From the NCBI RefSeq assembly GCF_001194135.2, contig NC_068982.1:61280933-61314135 (forward strand): 33,203 nucleotides of DNA, read 5' to 3'. This document shows, one piece after another, positions 22,201-33,203 of this stretch. This stretch comes from Octopus bimaculoides. Lineage: Eukaryota. How positions within the stretch are numbered: position 1 is the first letter of the stretch; every line of letters starts with the position of its first letter. Position numbers and translations under genes: made by a program. The notes under the pieces were generated by a model, which searched no databases, was not told where the DNA came from, and saw nothing but the letters and a program-made list of their open reading frames with translations.

Positions 22201-24597
22201 CTACATATTAGGGTGATGACAGAAGTTTCAAGTATGAGTCTTTATACAAGATGTTAAGTTGAAAAATCTCATTGTGTTTAAGTAAAGGTCAAGAATCCAT
22301 TTTTCTCATGAGTTATTTAACTGAATATTCGATCACATTCTTCAATTTGTTTGAACACAGCCGGTGTCTTCTTGTTTGAACACAGCCAGTGTCTTCTTGG
22401 CTTTTCTGCTACACCAATAAGAAGTAATTAATGTCTACCCTCTTGTTGATTTACAAACTACTATCAAAGATTAATGACGTTGGCATAACCAAGGTGAGAC
22501 AGTTCAGAAGCCCCAAAACAGAAAAGTTCACTCACTGTTTTGCATGAATTAATTTCTTAGATATATCATAAGTTAAGATATAAAGATGGAATGAAATGCC
22601 ATGAAACATCTTAAAATGTATACTTGACTTACGTCCTAGGTTTCACACCTGAGATTATTATTTATCTGATTGAAATTTTTCAATAAGACAATTAATCTTT
22701 TTTTTCTTTTTCTTTCTTTTTTCTTTTTTTTTTTTTTCTATTTGAAAGTAGCTCTTAATGAAGCAACATGGAAAGTTTCTGCAAGTTTTACTTATGGAAA
22801 GTAGAGACTAAAGTAAATTGTTCACATTAGAAACGAGTAAAGATGTATCTATCTCTTGCATCTTCATATCAACAGAGATTGCCTTATACAAAACTCCTTG
22901 CTTGAAGCTATTTAGAAAACTAATAATCTAATAACACTACATGGAAGCAACAGAGATATAGGGGTCATTAATTAGATTTCAGAATAACATTTGCATCTGT
23001 CCTCATTTTTATTTTCAGAGACATCCATAATTTTAGAATACAGCTAAGAATTGAAAATAAAAATACAATGATAAATAAAAATTATCTAAAATTGGCAAAA
23101 TTCTTAGTAGGTTTCAATCATTTCTATTTTATCTTTGAAGAAACAACATAAATTTCTATTTTACTTCATTTACAAAATACCTGGTATGTGACAGTTTCTA
23201 AAATAAAAAGTATGCTTTTGTTCTTTGTAATCCAAGAGGCATCTGTTTCTCATTAATTAGATTACTTCATCGCTGCACAGCCTCACTCTACTCTCAACAA
23301 TAGACAGCATTTCTTTCATTTCAAATATTTTTTTCCCCCTACTTTGTTTTAAAATTAGGTAGAAAGGAGATTTTGACCATGACACATAGAAAAATACATT
23401 AAATATTTTTTTTTTTCTTTGGTTCCCAATACACTTAAATTGAATAAACACTTTTGACAAATTCTTATTGTGAATCTTTTGTGACTTATGTAGGATCTTT
23501 CTTTGATCACTCAATTGAATTTGCTTACTAAACTTAAAATATGAAGAAGGATAAGGAAACAAAAGGAAGAAAAAAATGGTAAAAATAAATAAGCTAGAAT
23601 ATTTCACAGTTCAATATTATAGCTTTAGATATAAGGAAAAATGATATGATATAGAATTTTTGATATGTGCATGAGTATGTAAGACAGAAGGTGAATCTAA
23701 AAGAAGGGAAAATAAGGTGGAAAAATAAAGAAGATATGGCAACATAGATTCTTTCCAAATAACCAAATACTGGGGACTTTTTATTGGAGAGGAATGAAAA
23801 AGAAAAAAAGCTTCTTTGCTGTAACACAAAGAGAGAAAAAATACCTAATTACTAAATCGTGGAATTCAAGGCAGCATTCTGTGTCCTAAGATTCATTCTT
23901 GGGTCAAGAATTTGAACTTTCTTTTCTAAAACTGTCTCTGCTATGAAGAGGCAATTATCACATATGTGACGCTATTCAAAATTGACAATTTCCCAGAGAC
24001 ACTCTGAGAGGGCGCTGAAGCATGCAAAGACATCAGACAACATAGCATTGGACAGCAGAAAATTGAGATCGGTAAATGAGACAGAATGTGCACTTAGGGA
24101 CACTGCATGATTTCTGTGAAATGGCATTGATTATCCGACAACATTCCATCACAGATCTAATTGAATTGATCAAAAGATAAATGGATATTATAGAGAGTAA
24201 ATAAAGAAGTTTGGTGTAAATGTAAATGTGTGAGTATACATGCACATGCATGCATCACGTCATCCAAACACACACACACACATATCAACGAATATGTATG
24301 CATGTTCACATACACATGTATACAAGTATATATGCACATTAGTATATATATATATATATATATATATACAGACACATACACACATATACATGCATACCTT
24401 CATGCATGCATATGTATATACATACATGCATACTTACATATACATGAATTTGAGGAAGAAGAAGAAAAAGGATAAATGCTAGAATTACAAGTTGTGTCTT
24501 TAAAAGAAAACTGTTTACACATCAGGAGAAAGAAAAACAACAAAAACTAATATACAAAAAAAACCTGACAAGTGTAGATTAAAACCTTTTTAACTAA

Positions 24598-24674
24598 GTG
24601 GTGGTGGTGGTGGTGGTGGTGGTGGTGGCAATGGTAGCGACAGCAGTGGCAGTGGCAATGGTGGTGGCAGCAGT

Positions 24675-24742
<68 letters not shown>
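24598..24742. repeat. Compound (GTG)n/(GTA)n trinucleotide microsatellite
   Basis: Direct runs; they explain the poly-T/poly-P ORF 24590..24859. Confidence 0.95.
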
Positions 24743-24743
<1 letters not shown>

Positions 24744-25734
24744 AGTAGAAAAATTAGTTGGATTTTCAAAAAAAAAAAACTAAGTCTTTTATCAATACTG
24801 AAGGAAATGCTATTATTATTACTTATCATCATCATCGTCACCATATTCATTATCATCATTATTAATAATTATTGTATGTATGTAGAAAATAAAAATTAAT
24901 GAAAATTTTTTAAAAAATGTATTAATAATCAGAAACAACTTGAAAAAAAATGAAAAACAGAAAATTAAAAAGAGAAAAAACATGAAAGAAAAAGAGATTA
25001 AAAGAATTAACAGTGGGGGGAGGGGCATGGACGGAGGGGGAAGAAATCCTCCCTCTCCACCTCCTCTGTGTCAGTGGAAATTGGCCAAATGGTGCTGCTT
25101 TTGAAAGTCAAAGAGAAAGAAGAAGAAAAATATAAACAAATAAATAAATAAAATAATACAAAAATCACAGAAATATAAAAAATAAATAAATTCACGAAAG
25201 ATAAAAAAAAACCTAAATAGACTGAAGCAGGAAATTACTGCTTTATTAGACTTGTATCAATTCAATTGAAGACTGAGTCTGAAAAAAATGAATGTGTGTA
25301 TTTTAGGCAATGACATTGTCACTGGGGACTGCTAACAATTACAGAAATAGCTGTTCGGCTTCTTAGCTTGCCAATTTTGCCACAGACTAGGACGATGCAA
25401 TCATTGCAAAGTTGAGAACAGTGAGCCAAAGACTTTGAATCCATACATACAGCTTTATATACATGTTGTATGTTTTAACATTATGGATTGGATTTGGTAT
25501 TATTTTATTTCGATGTTGTGGGTCTGTGTGCTAATCAAACCAAATATGGATGGTAAAGGAATGGAGAGAGGAAACAAAATGTGTGTGCATGTGTGTGCAC
25601 AAGCATGCACACAAAAACACACACACAGATATACACATGTGCATGTGGATATAAACAGAGGTAGATATGTGTGTGTATATTAGGTATATGCTAGCATGGA
25701 ACATGGACATTAGATTATAATGATGATACACATA

Positions 25735-26043
25735 AAAATCCAGCACTCCATCAGTTAGAACGGTGAGGGTTCCAGTTGATCCAATCAACAGAACAGCCTG
25801 CTCATGAAATTAATGTACAAGCGGCTGGGCATTCCACAGACTTAACATAATTCTCAGGGACAAAAAATGTAACACGGCTGGCCCTTTGAATTACAGGTAC
25901 AATTCACTTTTGCCAGCTAAGTGGACTGGAGCAATGTGAAATAAAATGCATCTTGCTCAAGGACACAGCCTACCGCCAGGAATCAAACTCAAGACCTTAC
26001 AATCACGAGCTGAATACCCTAACCACTAAACCACACCTCTTCA
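25735..26043 (-). mobile_element. tRNA-derived SINE of a second family
   Basis: Minus strand starts gtgaagaggtgtggtttagtggttagggtattcagctcgtgattgtaaggtcttgagtttgattcctgg (A box TGGTTTAGTGG, B-box-like GAGTTTGATTCC), then gtgtccttgagcaaga. Confidence 0.75.
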
Positions 26044-26065
26044 CTTTGATGACACGTATATATAA

Positions 26066-26445
26066 CATCATCATCATCATCAAGTTCCCTTAACTGGTGC
26101 AGCCAGTCATCACTGCCTCTGATCTGATCCCTATAGCAGGGTCACAGTGTTGTGACCTGTCCAGTCCTCCATGTTGTCAGCCCAGGAATTTCTCAGTCTG
26201 CCTCGCTTTTGCCCTCCTTCAACTATGCTCTGAAGGTTGATTTTGGACAGGGAGTTGTTGCAGAGTGCATGACCATACCAGACTAGCTTTTGTATTTTTA
26301 CCTGTGCAAAGGGTGGTTCCTGTCTGCTAGCGTCTTCATTGACCTGCTGCCAGACAACGGTGTTCATTTTGTGTCCTGTGTATGGGATGCATAGCAGCCT
26401 TCTGAAGCATGTTCTCAAATACAGGGATTCTTCATTCCATATCAG
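26066..26445 (-). mobile_element. RTE-clade LINE 3' fragment with (GAT)n tail
   Basis: RRLLCIPYTGHKMN..KIQKLVWYGH..LSKINLQSIVEGGQKRGRLRNSWADNMEDWTG is a typical RTE C-terminus; (CAT)n at 26066-26081. Confidence 0.85.
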
Positions 26446-26452
26446 CTGTATG

Positions 26453-26504
<52 letters not shown>

Positions 26505-26911
26505 TGATTGCTAAATCCACAAGTTTTTTATATTCTCTCTCTATTTATTTCCTTGTGTTCCTTTCTGTTGAAGAGCATAGGCTCAAAATGTAAAAGACTT
26601 TCTCACTTTCCCGAGCATCAAACTAATACACCTGCTTCTTGTTTATACACCTGTCTTCATCTTTTGTTTTTCTGTAAATTTCAACTATATGTGTATAATG
26701 ATGAGGAAAGGTAAGATCCAAGGATCCAGGAGTAGGAAGTTAGTAAACTCCAAGCAGTCCATAGAAGATACAGAAAACAACTTTCAGGAACAATAGTGGT
26801 TTACTGATGTAGAAAGTTGTAAATTTTTTTCAAACTGAAGTTCGATAAGCTGAAAAAAGTTATTTTATAGTTCATGGTTAGCAACTGGGATTGCTGTGTA
26901 TGTAAATAAAA

Positions 26912-27202
26912 ATCCAAATTTAGGGAATGTCGGAGGCAAAATCCAGGCTATATATGTTTCTTAGCTAGCAGAATCTCAGAAGTAATAATTACTCAATGAA
27001 GGGTACTCCACTAGCTACTCATAGGGGCGAAGATACCTTAGTTAAATGAAAGTTACAGTAACCTTCATTTAACTAAGGTATCTTTGGCCTGATGAGTAGT
27101 TAGTGGAGTACCCTTCATTGAGTAATTATTACTTCTGAGATTCTGCTAGCTAGGAAACATATGTAGCCTGGATTTTACCTGCTCCATTTCCTAAATTTGG
27201 AT
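26912..27202. repeat. 291-bp near-perfect palindrome: two 145-bp arms around a single base (27057)
   Basis: Hand alignment gives about 13 mismatches, no indels and a perfect stretch of about 52 bp. Confidence 0.95.
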
Positions 27203-27251
27203 ATCATCACCATCATTTAACATCTGCTTTCCATACTGGCATGGGTTAGAT

Positions 27252-27545
27252 CAGGGGTTTTCAAACTGTGGTCCGCGGACCACAGGGGGTCTGCAAGAAC
27301 AAGACAGGGGGTCCGTAGACAGCAAATACTTTTATGGGCAATTTGATTTAATATATGTTTTCTAATCGAAATCTTTTAATTGACAATAAACCTATTTGTT
27401 AAATACTGTTAAATAAATAAATGCAAAAATATATGTTATTTTAAGCACATATTTATGTATAAATTTCATAAGCGTTTATAAGGGACCCTAAGGTAAAGCC
27501 TGAAATATAAAGGGGTCCGCAAGTCAAAAAGTTTGAAAACCCTTG
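27252..27545. mobile_element. hAT-type MITE, 294 bp, 8-bp TSD, inserted in an RTE-tail repeat
   Basis: TIRs CAGGGGTTTTCAAACT / AGTTTGAAAACCCTTG (15/16); TSD GGTTAGAT (27244-27251) and GGTTAGAC (27546-27553). Confidence 0.92.
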
Positions 27546-28299
27546 GGTTAGACGATTTGACTGGAACTGGTAAGCCGGAGAGCTGCAACCCAAACAAGGG
27601 GACAAGGAAAGAGTTTAGCACATCTTTAATGACCAGTTACAAATATTTCAGTTCCACCCTTGAACACCATTTTATGAACACACCTTTTGGTGTGAAAGTT
27701 CGATGAAGAGCCACTCTAAGGTATAAAACTGCATATATTACATAACTTTCCACATGAAACTTTTGCATGCAACGACATTAAAAACAGTGTGGTAACAAAA
27801 CAATTGTAAGTGGTCATTGAAGATGTGCTAAACTTCCTTTGTCTTATTTGGATTATAATTTACTCTTCACTAGACCAATACAGTGGATTTACCAGTGTGA
27901 TACCTGCATTTTTTAGCTTACCATCAAATTTCAACTCAGATTTGGTTAGTTATGTGAAGTCTGTTAAGTTAGATGAATAAATATCATGCAAAATTATGTA
28001 ATTGAATAATTATAAATCTAAATAAGATCCATTATATCTCTTGTGTGCAACATGTTTAAAAATGAACAAGCTGTGTGAATGATGTGGTGGTGGTGGTGGT
28101 GTTGCTGGCGGTGATGGAACTCCTGCTGCTGCTAGTGGAAGTGGTAGTGGTGGTGATAGGGCTGCTAGTGGTATAGTAGCAGTATTAGTACAACAGTAGA
28201 GCTTTATGACTGTGATGATCATTCTCATAGTGATGACAACAGCAGTGATGATATTTTGATGACAGTCACCATGGAATATTATCTTATAAATAAAATAAT

Positions 28300-28450
<151 letters not shown>

Positions 28451-28963
28451 TCGATCTTCTTTTTCACTGGTCACTGAGAGAACTCTCAAAGCTAAAATTT
28501 CATCTCTGAGTGTAACTTGGAACAGGTCAGTATGAAATATTAAACTGCTTTGTTCCTTTAAACTTTTAAAATGTCAGATATTGCTGGCTCTAGATTTGGA
28601 ACTAAAGTTTTGTAGAAACATTTGAAATCATTCTAACTGAATCAAGAGATGTCAATCAAAATATACAGCACGGCTATTTCATATTTCACCTATATCAATT
28701 TTCATAAAGACATATTTTTGATATGCTTATATTTAGAGTTTTTTTAACACTAATCTTTGTGTATGTGATAAGTAAATATGTCCACAACAGTAGCAAGTTC
28801 AAGTTTTCAGATGTCTGTTCCAACCATATATCACAGTTCACTAATTTTCACATCACACCAAAACTGATTTGAGATGGAAATAGCAGCATGTTTACTGAGC
28901 ATGAAAATATATTAATAAGTAATTGCTTATAACACTATCAACATGGTATTACTCACACTGCTT

Positions 28964-29660
28964 TGCTTCACTTCACTTCATGTTCTTGCTTGATGGGGCT
29001 GGGGTCATCCCAGGTTAGCGGTCCCAGAGATGTCATAATGCATAAAACCAACCAAGTCCACCAGTGCTCTCCATCTCTGGCAGTTCTGTACCAACCCCTC
29101 TGCATCCTCCAAAGTAATGTTGAACCTCTGGAAATCTTCCCTTATCACATTCAGCCATCTGGTGTGGGACTTGTCACAAGGCCTCTTCCTGCCCACAGCT
29201 TTTGCATCAAATGAGAGTAGAGTAAAGCCCTGGTAGGATGATCTAGCATGAGATGGAAGACATATTTGCACCAGTGCATGCAATGGATAGCTCTAAGGTG
29301 GGAGGCTGCGGGCAGATGTGTGTGTGTACACAGTTCTTTTTTGAAAATGGATGATACCATCTGATGTTCTCAATAGTTCTCAGGGCTCCACTATTGAAGC
29401 CATCAATCATCTTTGTTAGGGTCTTCAAGAGGGGTCACATTTCTACTCTATAGAAGAGAATAGAGAGGGCTGGTGTATTGTAGATGCAGAGCTTTGTCTG
29501 CCAGGAGATAGAGCAGTGGTGCCAAAAAGGCTTCCGTAGGGAGTATATGCCCCCAACGGCCAGACCGACATAGGTGGTAGATCTCTAGGAACAGGTCTCT
29601 ATCGTTGGCGAATGTGGAGCCCAAGTAGATGAAGGACCTGACAAACTCTACAATGCTGGA
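28964..29660 (-). mobile_element. Degenerate RTE-clade LINE 3' fragment
   Basis: FIYLGSTF near 29620; GRKRPCDKSHTRWLNVIREDF..EDAEGLVQNCQRWRALV; (TGAAG)n-type tail at about 28965-28980. Confidence 0.8.
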
Positions 29661-29781
29661 GATTACTCAAATCACAATAGATTAGTCATGTAACTCATTA
29701 TATCTTTGTGATTCTGAACTGAAGGAGGGTTGCACTCTTGCATCTACTCTTTTCCTCATACTTGTCTTCCATGCTTTTTAA

Positions 29782-29912
29782 CCCTTTCATTTTGAGATAC
29801 TCTGTTTTTTTTAGTTACTTTAAATATAACAAAGGATTTAATAAAATAACTTAGCTATCATTCAGGTAGTGTTAGGAACATAAATTGTGACTAAGGTTTG
29901 ATGGAAAATTTT
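29782..29912. mobile_element. Partial copy of the piggyBac MITE at 19056-19275, opposite orientation
   Basis: TTAA|CCCTTT followed by about 130 nt matching the reverse complement of 19135-19275, with a short deletion. Confidence 0.85.
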
Positions 29913-30049
29913 GATGGTGGACTAGCGGACGTTAAACGATGATGATGATATTTTGATCTCATCAATTTACTATCATCCAATACATCTCAATATGAGATGG
30001 CAAAATTACTCTGTTACATACATCAGGAACTCCCAAAATCAGTCAACAA

Positions 30050-30600
30050 TTTCACCAGTCCATAGAATCATTTCTACCTCACAGTGAAGACTAAAGTCCT
30101 TGTCCATCTTGCTCTGTAAACCAACCTCTTTCATTTCAATATAACCATCTCTGATAGATCTCTCAAACAACATGACCTCTTACCCTATATTGGAAATATT
30201 TTTTCCAACAAATATACTTTGGAAAAAGATGTGTAACAGAAATTTTTTTCTCCACCAGTTCGTTTTTTGGAAAACTAACAAATTAGATCATTAAGAATAA
30301 ACAGCTAACCCAAAAATGAAACCAATGGTCTATCAAACTGTTATCATCTCAAAATCATTATATGGTTGTGAAATATGGACACTCTATTGTAAGAACATCG
30401 CAAAGCTGGAGTACTTCCAGCAATAAAAGCTTCGTACTATCTTAAACATCAAATGAAAGGACTACATAATCATCAATGCTGTCTTAGAAAAAAACCAAAA
30501 CCAACAGTCAAAGCATAGAATCAATGATGATGAAACATTAGCTATGATGGTTAGAATAAAAAACCAAAGATTTTCTCATCAAATACTCTTCAGTGAATAA
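30050..30600 (+). mobile_element. Degenerate RTE-clade LINE fragment
   Basis: VYQTVIISKSLYGCEIWTLY..KLEYFQQ*KLRTILNIK*KDYI. Confidence 0.8.
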
Positions 30601-31019
30601 ATTAACCACTGGGAAAAGATCATGAGTATGTCCTTTCTGATAATATCCCCTCATCAACCACAGTAGCAATCTTGCAATACCACAATATCAACAATTATAA
30701 AAGACTTGTTTCATTTAAGATTTTTCACACATTTAATGGAATTTTGTCATATCTATTAATGCCAACAACAAGAGTGCAAGGTCCACAAAACTGCTAAGAC
30801 AAATTAATTTGGAATAAACCTTCATAAGTAAAATATAAATAGATTTCATGTTGGTTTTAACAATAATAATCCAGTTGTTTGAACCAGAAAAAACTATCTA
30901 ATCAGTCAATTAAAATATATAAATGACTGAGTATGCCATGAACAATGAAATGCTTGTGACAGAGCAAGTGAAAGGTTTAGTCCTTTGAATTACATGAACT
31001 GTCCATCCAATATAGAGCT

Positions 31020-31310
31020 ATGGCAAAGAATGAATCGTTTCGATTAGAGAGCAAATATTTAAGAAAAAGTGGAAGTGGATTGGTAACACAATTAGAAAGG
31101 ACACACCTAATGCAGCGAAAAGTGCTTTACAGTGGAATCCGGATGGATATAGAAAGAGGGGTAGGCCTAAGAACTCATGGCATAGATCAACACAAAAGGA
31201 ACTAGAGAAAGGGAGACATTCATGGCAGAGTATAAGTACAGAAGCGAGAAATTATGCGACATGAAATTCAATTATAAGTGGGCTATACTGCGTTGGAGGG
31301 TAAAGGCAAG
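31020..31310 (+). mobile_element. RTE-clade LINE 3' fragment
   Basis: KKWKWIGNTIRK..ALQWNPDGYRKRGRPKNSWHR..EKEL (frame not listed in the ORF track). Confidence 0.82.
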
Positions 31311-31926
31311 AAAGAATTCCATCCAACAGGCTTTCATACCATTCATTTATATCCAATATCACTCAAAATGTTATGACAAAAGATAATTGCCCAAGGTGTG
31401 CCACAATGGAATCAAATGCAAGACCTCATAATTAAAAATCAAATACAAGTGAAGTCCAAGACTCTTGAAACTAAGACATGTAACTCACTAAAAAAATAAC
31501 AATTACATTAAAGCAACAGGGATTAAAAAATAAAAATAATGTGTAAGAAGAAATGCATTCATTTATTTAGAGAAAATATTTTACCCAGATGACTATACAT
31601 TGAAAGGAAGGGTGAAAGGAAATAGGAATAAACCATGTCCATTTTTTTTTTTTTTTTTTTTTAATGTGGTGTTTTGTACTAGAATAAACTCAGATAAAAA
31701 CAAGCCTGACAGTAGCAGGGAACAAGAACAGCTCCCATTGGTACAAAGGTCATTTCCTGCTTAGAGCTAATGTTTTATTTCAATCTTAGGTTTCATATCT
31801 ACTAAAAGGGTAAAATTGAAAGACCTTAACAACCTCCCATAGAGCTTATGGTTTAATGTACTCCTCTCAATGTTTTAAGCCCCAGCTTGCATTTATGTTA
31901 AAGGGGACTGGAAAAAAGCACTCACA

Positions 31927-31976
<50 letters not shown>

Positions 31977-32399
31977 TTCATTCATTCATTCATAAATATA
32001 CATCCATTAAGAAAGCTATAAATAGTTTGTAAAGTCTTACACTACTTTTTGGAAGATAAAGGTTAACAGAAAAATTTATTCGCTATTCTTAAATGCTAGA
32101 TTAAGACTATTGTAGTTGAATAACTAAGTATTTGACCACAACTGGTACCATGGAATGGCTGAAATGACAATATTAGAAATAGAATCAGTAAAGTAAACAG
32201 TGTGCTGCAGCTGTTTAACCCCAGATCAATTCTGGATTAAGGATATTCCAGCCATGACCATCTCACCTTTGCTTTGTAAACTATTCAAATATTGCCACCC
32301 AGTGCTGACTGTTTGTGTTGTACACGAACAGCCTCACGTAGTTCACAAACATTTTACAAACTTCAAATTTCACCCTGATGAAGCCTTTGTTACAAACCA

Positions 32400-32590
32400 T
32401 AAGAGAAAGGTACCTGCACTTTGAGGAGCAAGTGACCTACTGCACTGGGTGTCAAAGCATGACTGTACATCAGCAGATTATCCAAACACAACATATGTAG
32501 ATCAACCCGCCAGAGACACTGGATACCTCCCCAAAGAGCTCCTTCAACAAATGCAGTACTGAGATGGATAGCGTCCTGCATGGGTTAAAA
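32400..32590 (+). mobile_element. Degenerate RTE-clade LINE 3' fragment
   Basis: SDLLHWVSKH..TTYVDQPARDTG..ELLQQMQY*DG resembles RTE ends of the form SD.LLW.P.HG..RP..TY..QL..DTG. Confidence 0.6.
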
Positions 32591-32679
32591 ATGTCCAAGC
32601 AAGCTCAATCAAATTATATTCTACATGTGTGTTTGCTTATATATATGTGTGTGTGTGTGTGTGTCTATTTATATATACA

Positions 32680-32726
<47 letters not shown>

Positions 32727-32734
32727 GAGGGGCT

Positions 32735-32895
32735 TATTTCAGTTTCATTCCACTAAATCCACACAAGTAAGGTTTTGGCAGCCAGTGCTATAGTAGGGGA
32801 AACATGCACAAGGTGCCACGTATGGAACTAAACTAAATATGATACCATATGATTGGTAAGCAAGCATCTTAACCTTACTGCCATGCTTGTACCAC
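32735..32895 (-). mobile_element. Head fragment of the octopus-type SINE
   Basis: ttcagtttc..aaatccac..ctatagtag..caaggtgccac matches 12156-12240. Confidence 0.75.
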
Positions 32896-33099
32896 AACCA
32901 AGCATTGGGAAAGAGAGTGCGAGAACTAAATATATATATATAGATAGATATACATGCACACACAAAAATATAGATATCCCTATACACTGACAAACCTCAA
33001 TATACATAGAGATATATAGATAGATAAATAGTTAAACAGAGAAGAATGTACACACATATGCATATGTATGTGTGTGTAAATTTAGGTGTGTATGTATAC

Positions 33100-33130
<31 letters not shown>

Positions 33131-33203
33131 GGGACAAAATCCAAGATTACAGGTAAACCTTGGTTCTTTTCCCTAAAACTATATATTTATTTATATATAT
33201 ATA

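Noticed and set aside
22346-22398. 25-bp direct duplication ttgtttgaacacagcc(g/a)gtgtcttc
   Set aside because: A simple two-copy slippage duplication with no further structure.
25970-26043. tRNA gene
   Set aside because: A/B boxes are present, but there is no complete cloverleaf and the sequence continues into a SINE body.
27082-27130. CTGATGAG as a hammerhead ribozyme core (also CTGATGAAG at about 32365)
   Set aside because: No stem II followed by GAAA and no stem III/NUH could be built; the first lies in the palindrome arm and the second next to an RTE remnant.
32200-32424. FHPDEAF in ORF 32200..32424 as DNAJC1 exon 2 (HPD motif)
   Set aside because: No AYRKLS-type helix II before it, no convincing splice sites, and it runs into LINE-derived sequence.

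Overview
AT-rich, repeat-dense eukaryotic genomic DNA from a draft assembly (N gaps at 7326-7718, 8295-8388, 9964-9973 and 15643-15742). The SINE and RTE-tail motifs (e.g. catcatcatcgtttaacgtccgctttccatgctagcatg) look octopus-like; this is my recognition, not a database result. The only host gene I can support is the first coding exon of a DNAJC1 (ERdj1/MTJ1) orthologue (14921-15070, +). It sits behind a CpG-enriched promoter and is followed by an intron that appears to run past the window end. Upstream is a nested transposon stack: a decayed hAT transposase abuts a minus-strand Penelope-like element (PLE), and that PLE is split by an RTE LINE (13-bp TSD, PHD-type finger inside its RT) and by a solo LTR (TG..CA, 4-bp TSD). 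Removing both insertions by hand restores a nearly open PLE frame. The presumed intron carries a DD37D (maT) remnant, SINEs, several RTE remnants, piggyBac and hAT MITEs with clean TSDs, a 32-bp minisatellite and a 291-bp near-perfect palindrome. I found no CRISPR array, rRNA or true tRNA gene, and no clear evidence of a wholly new biological system. The strongest leads are the PHD-in-RT RTE, the long-linker PLE, the foldback cluster and the intronic palindrome.
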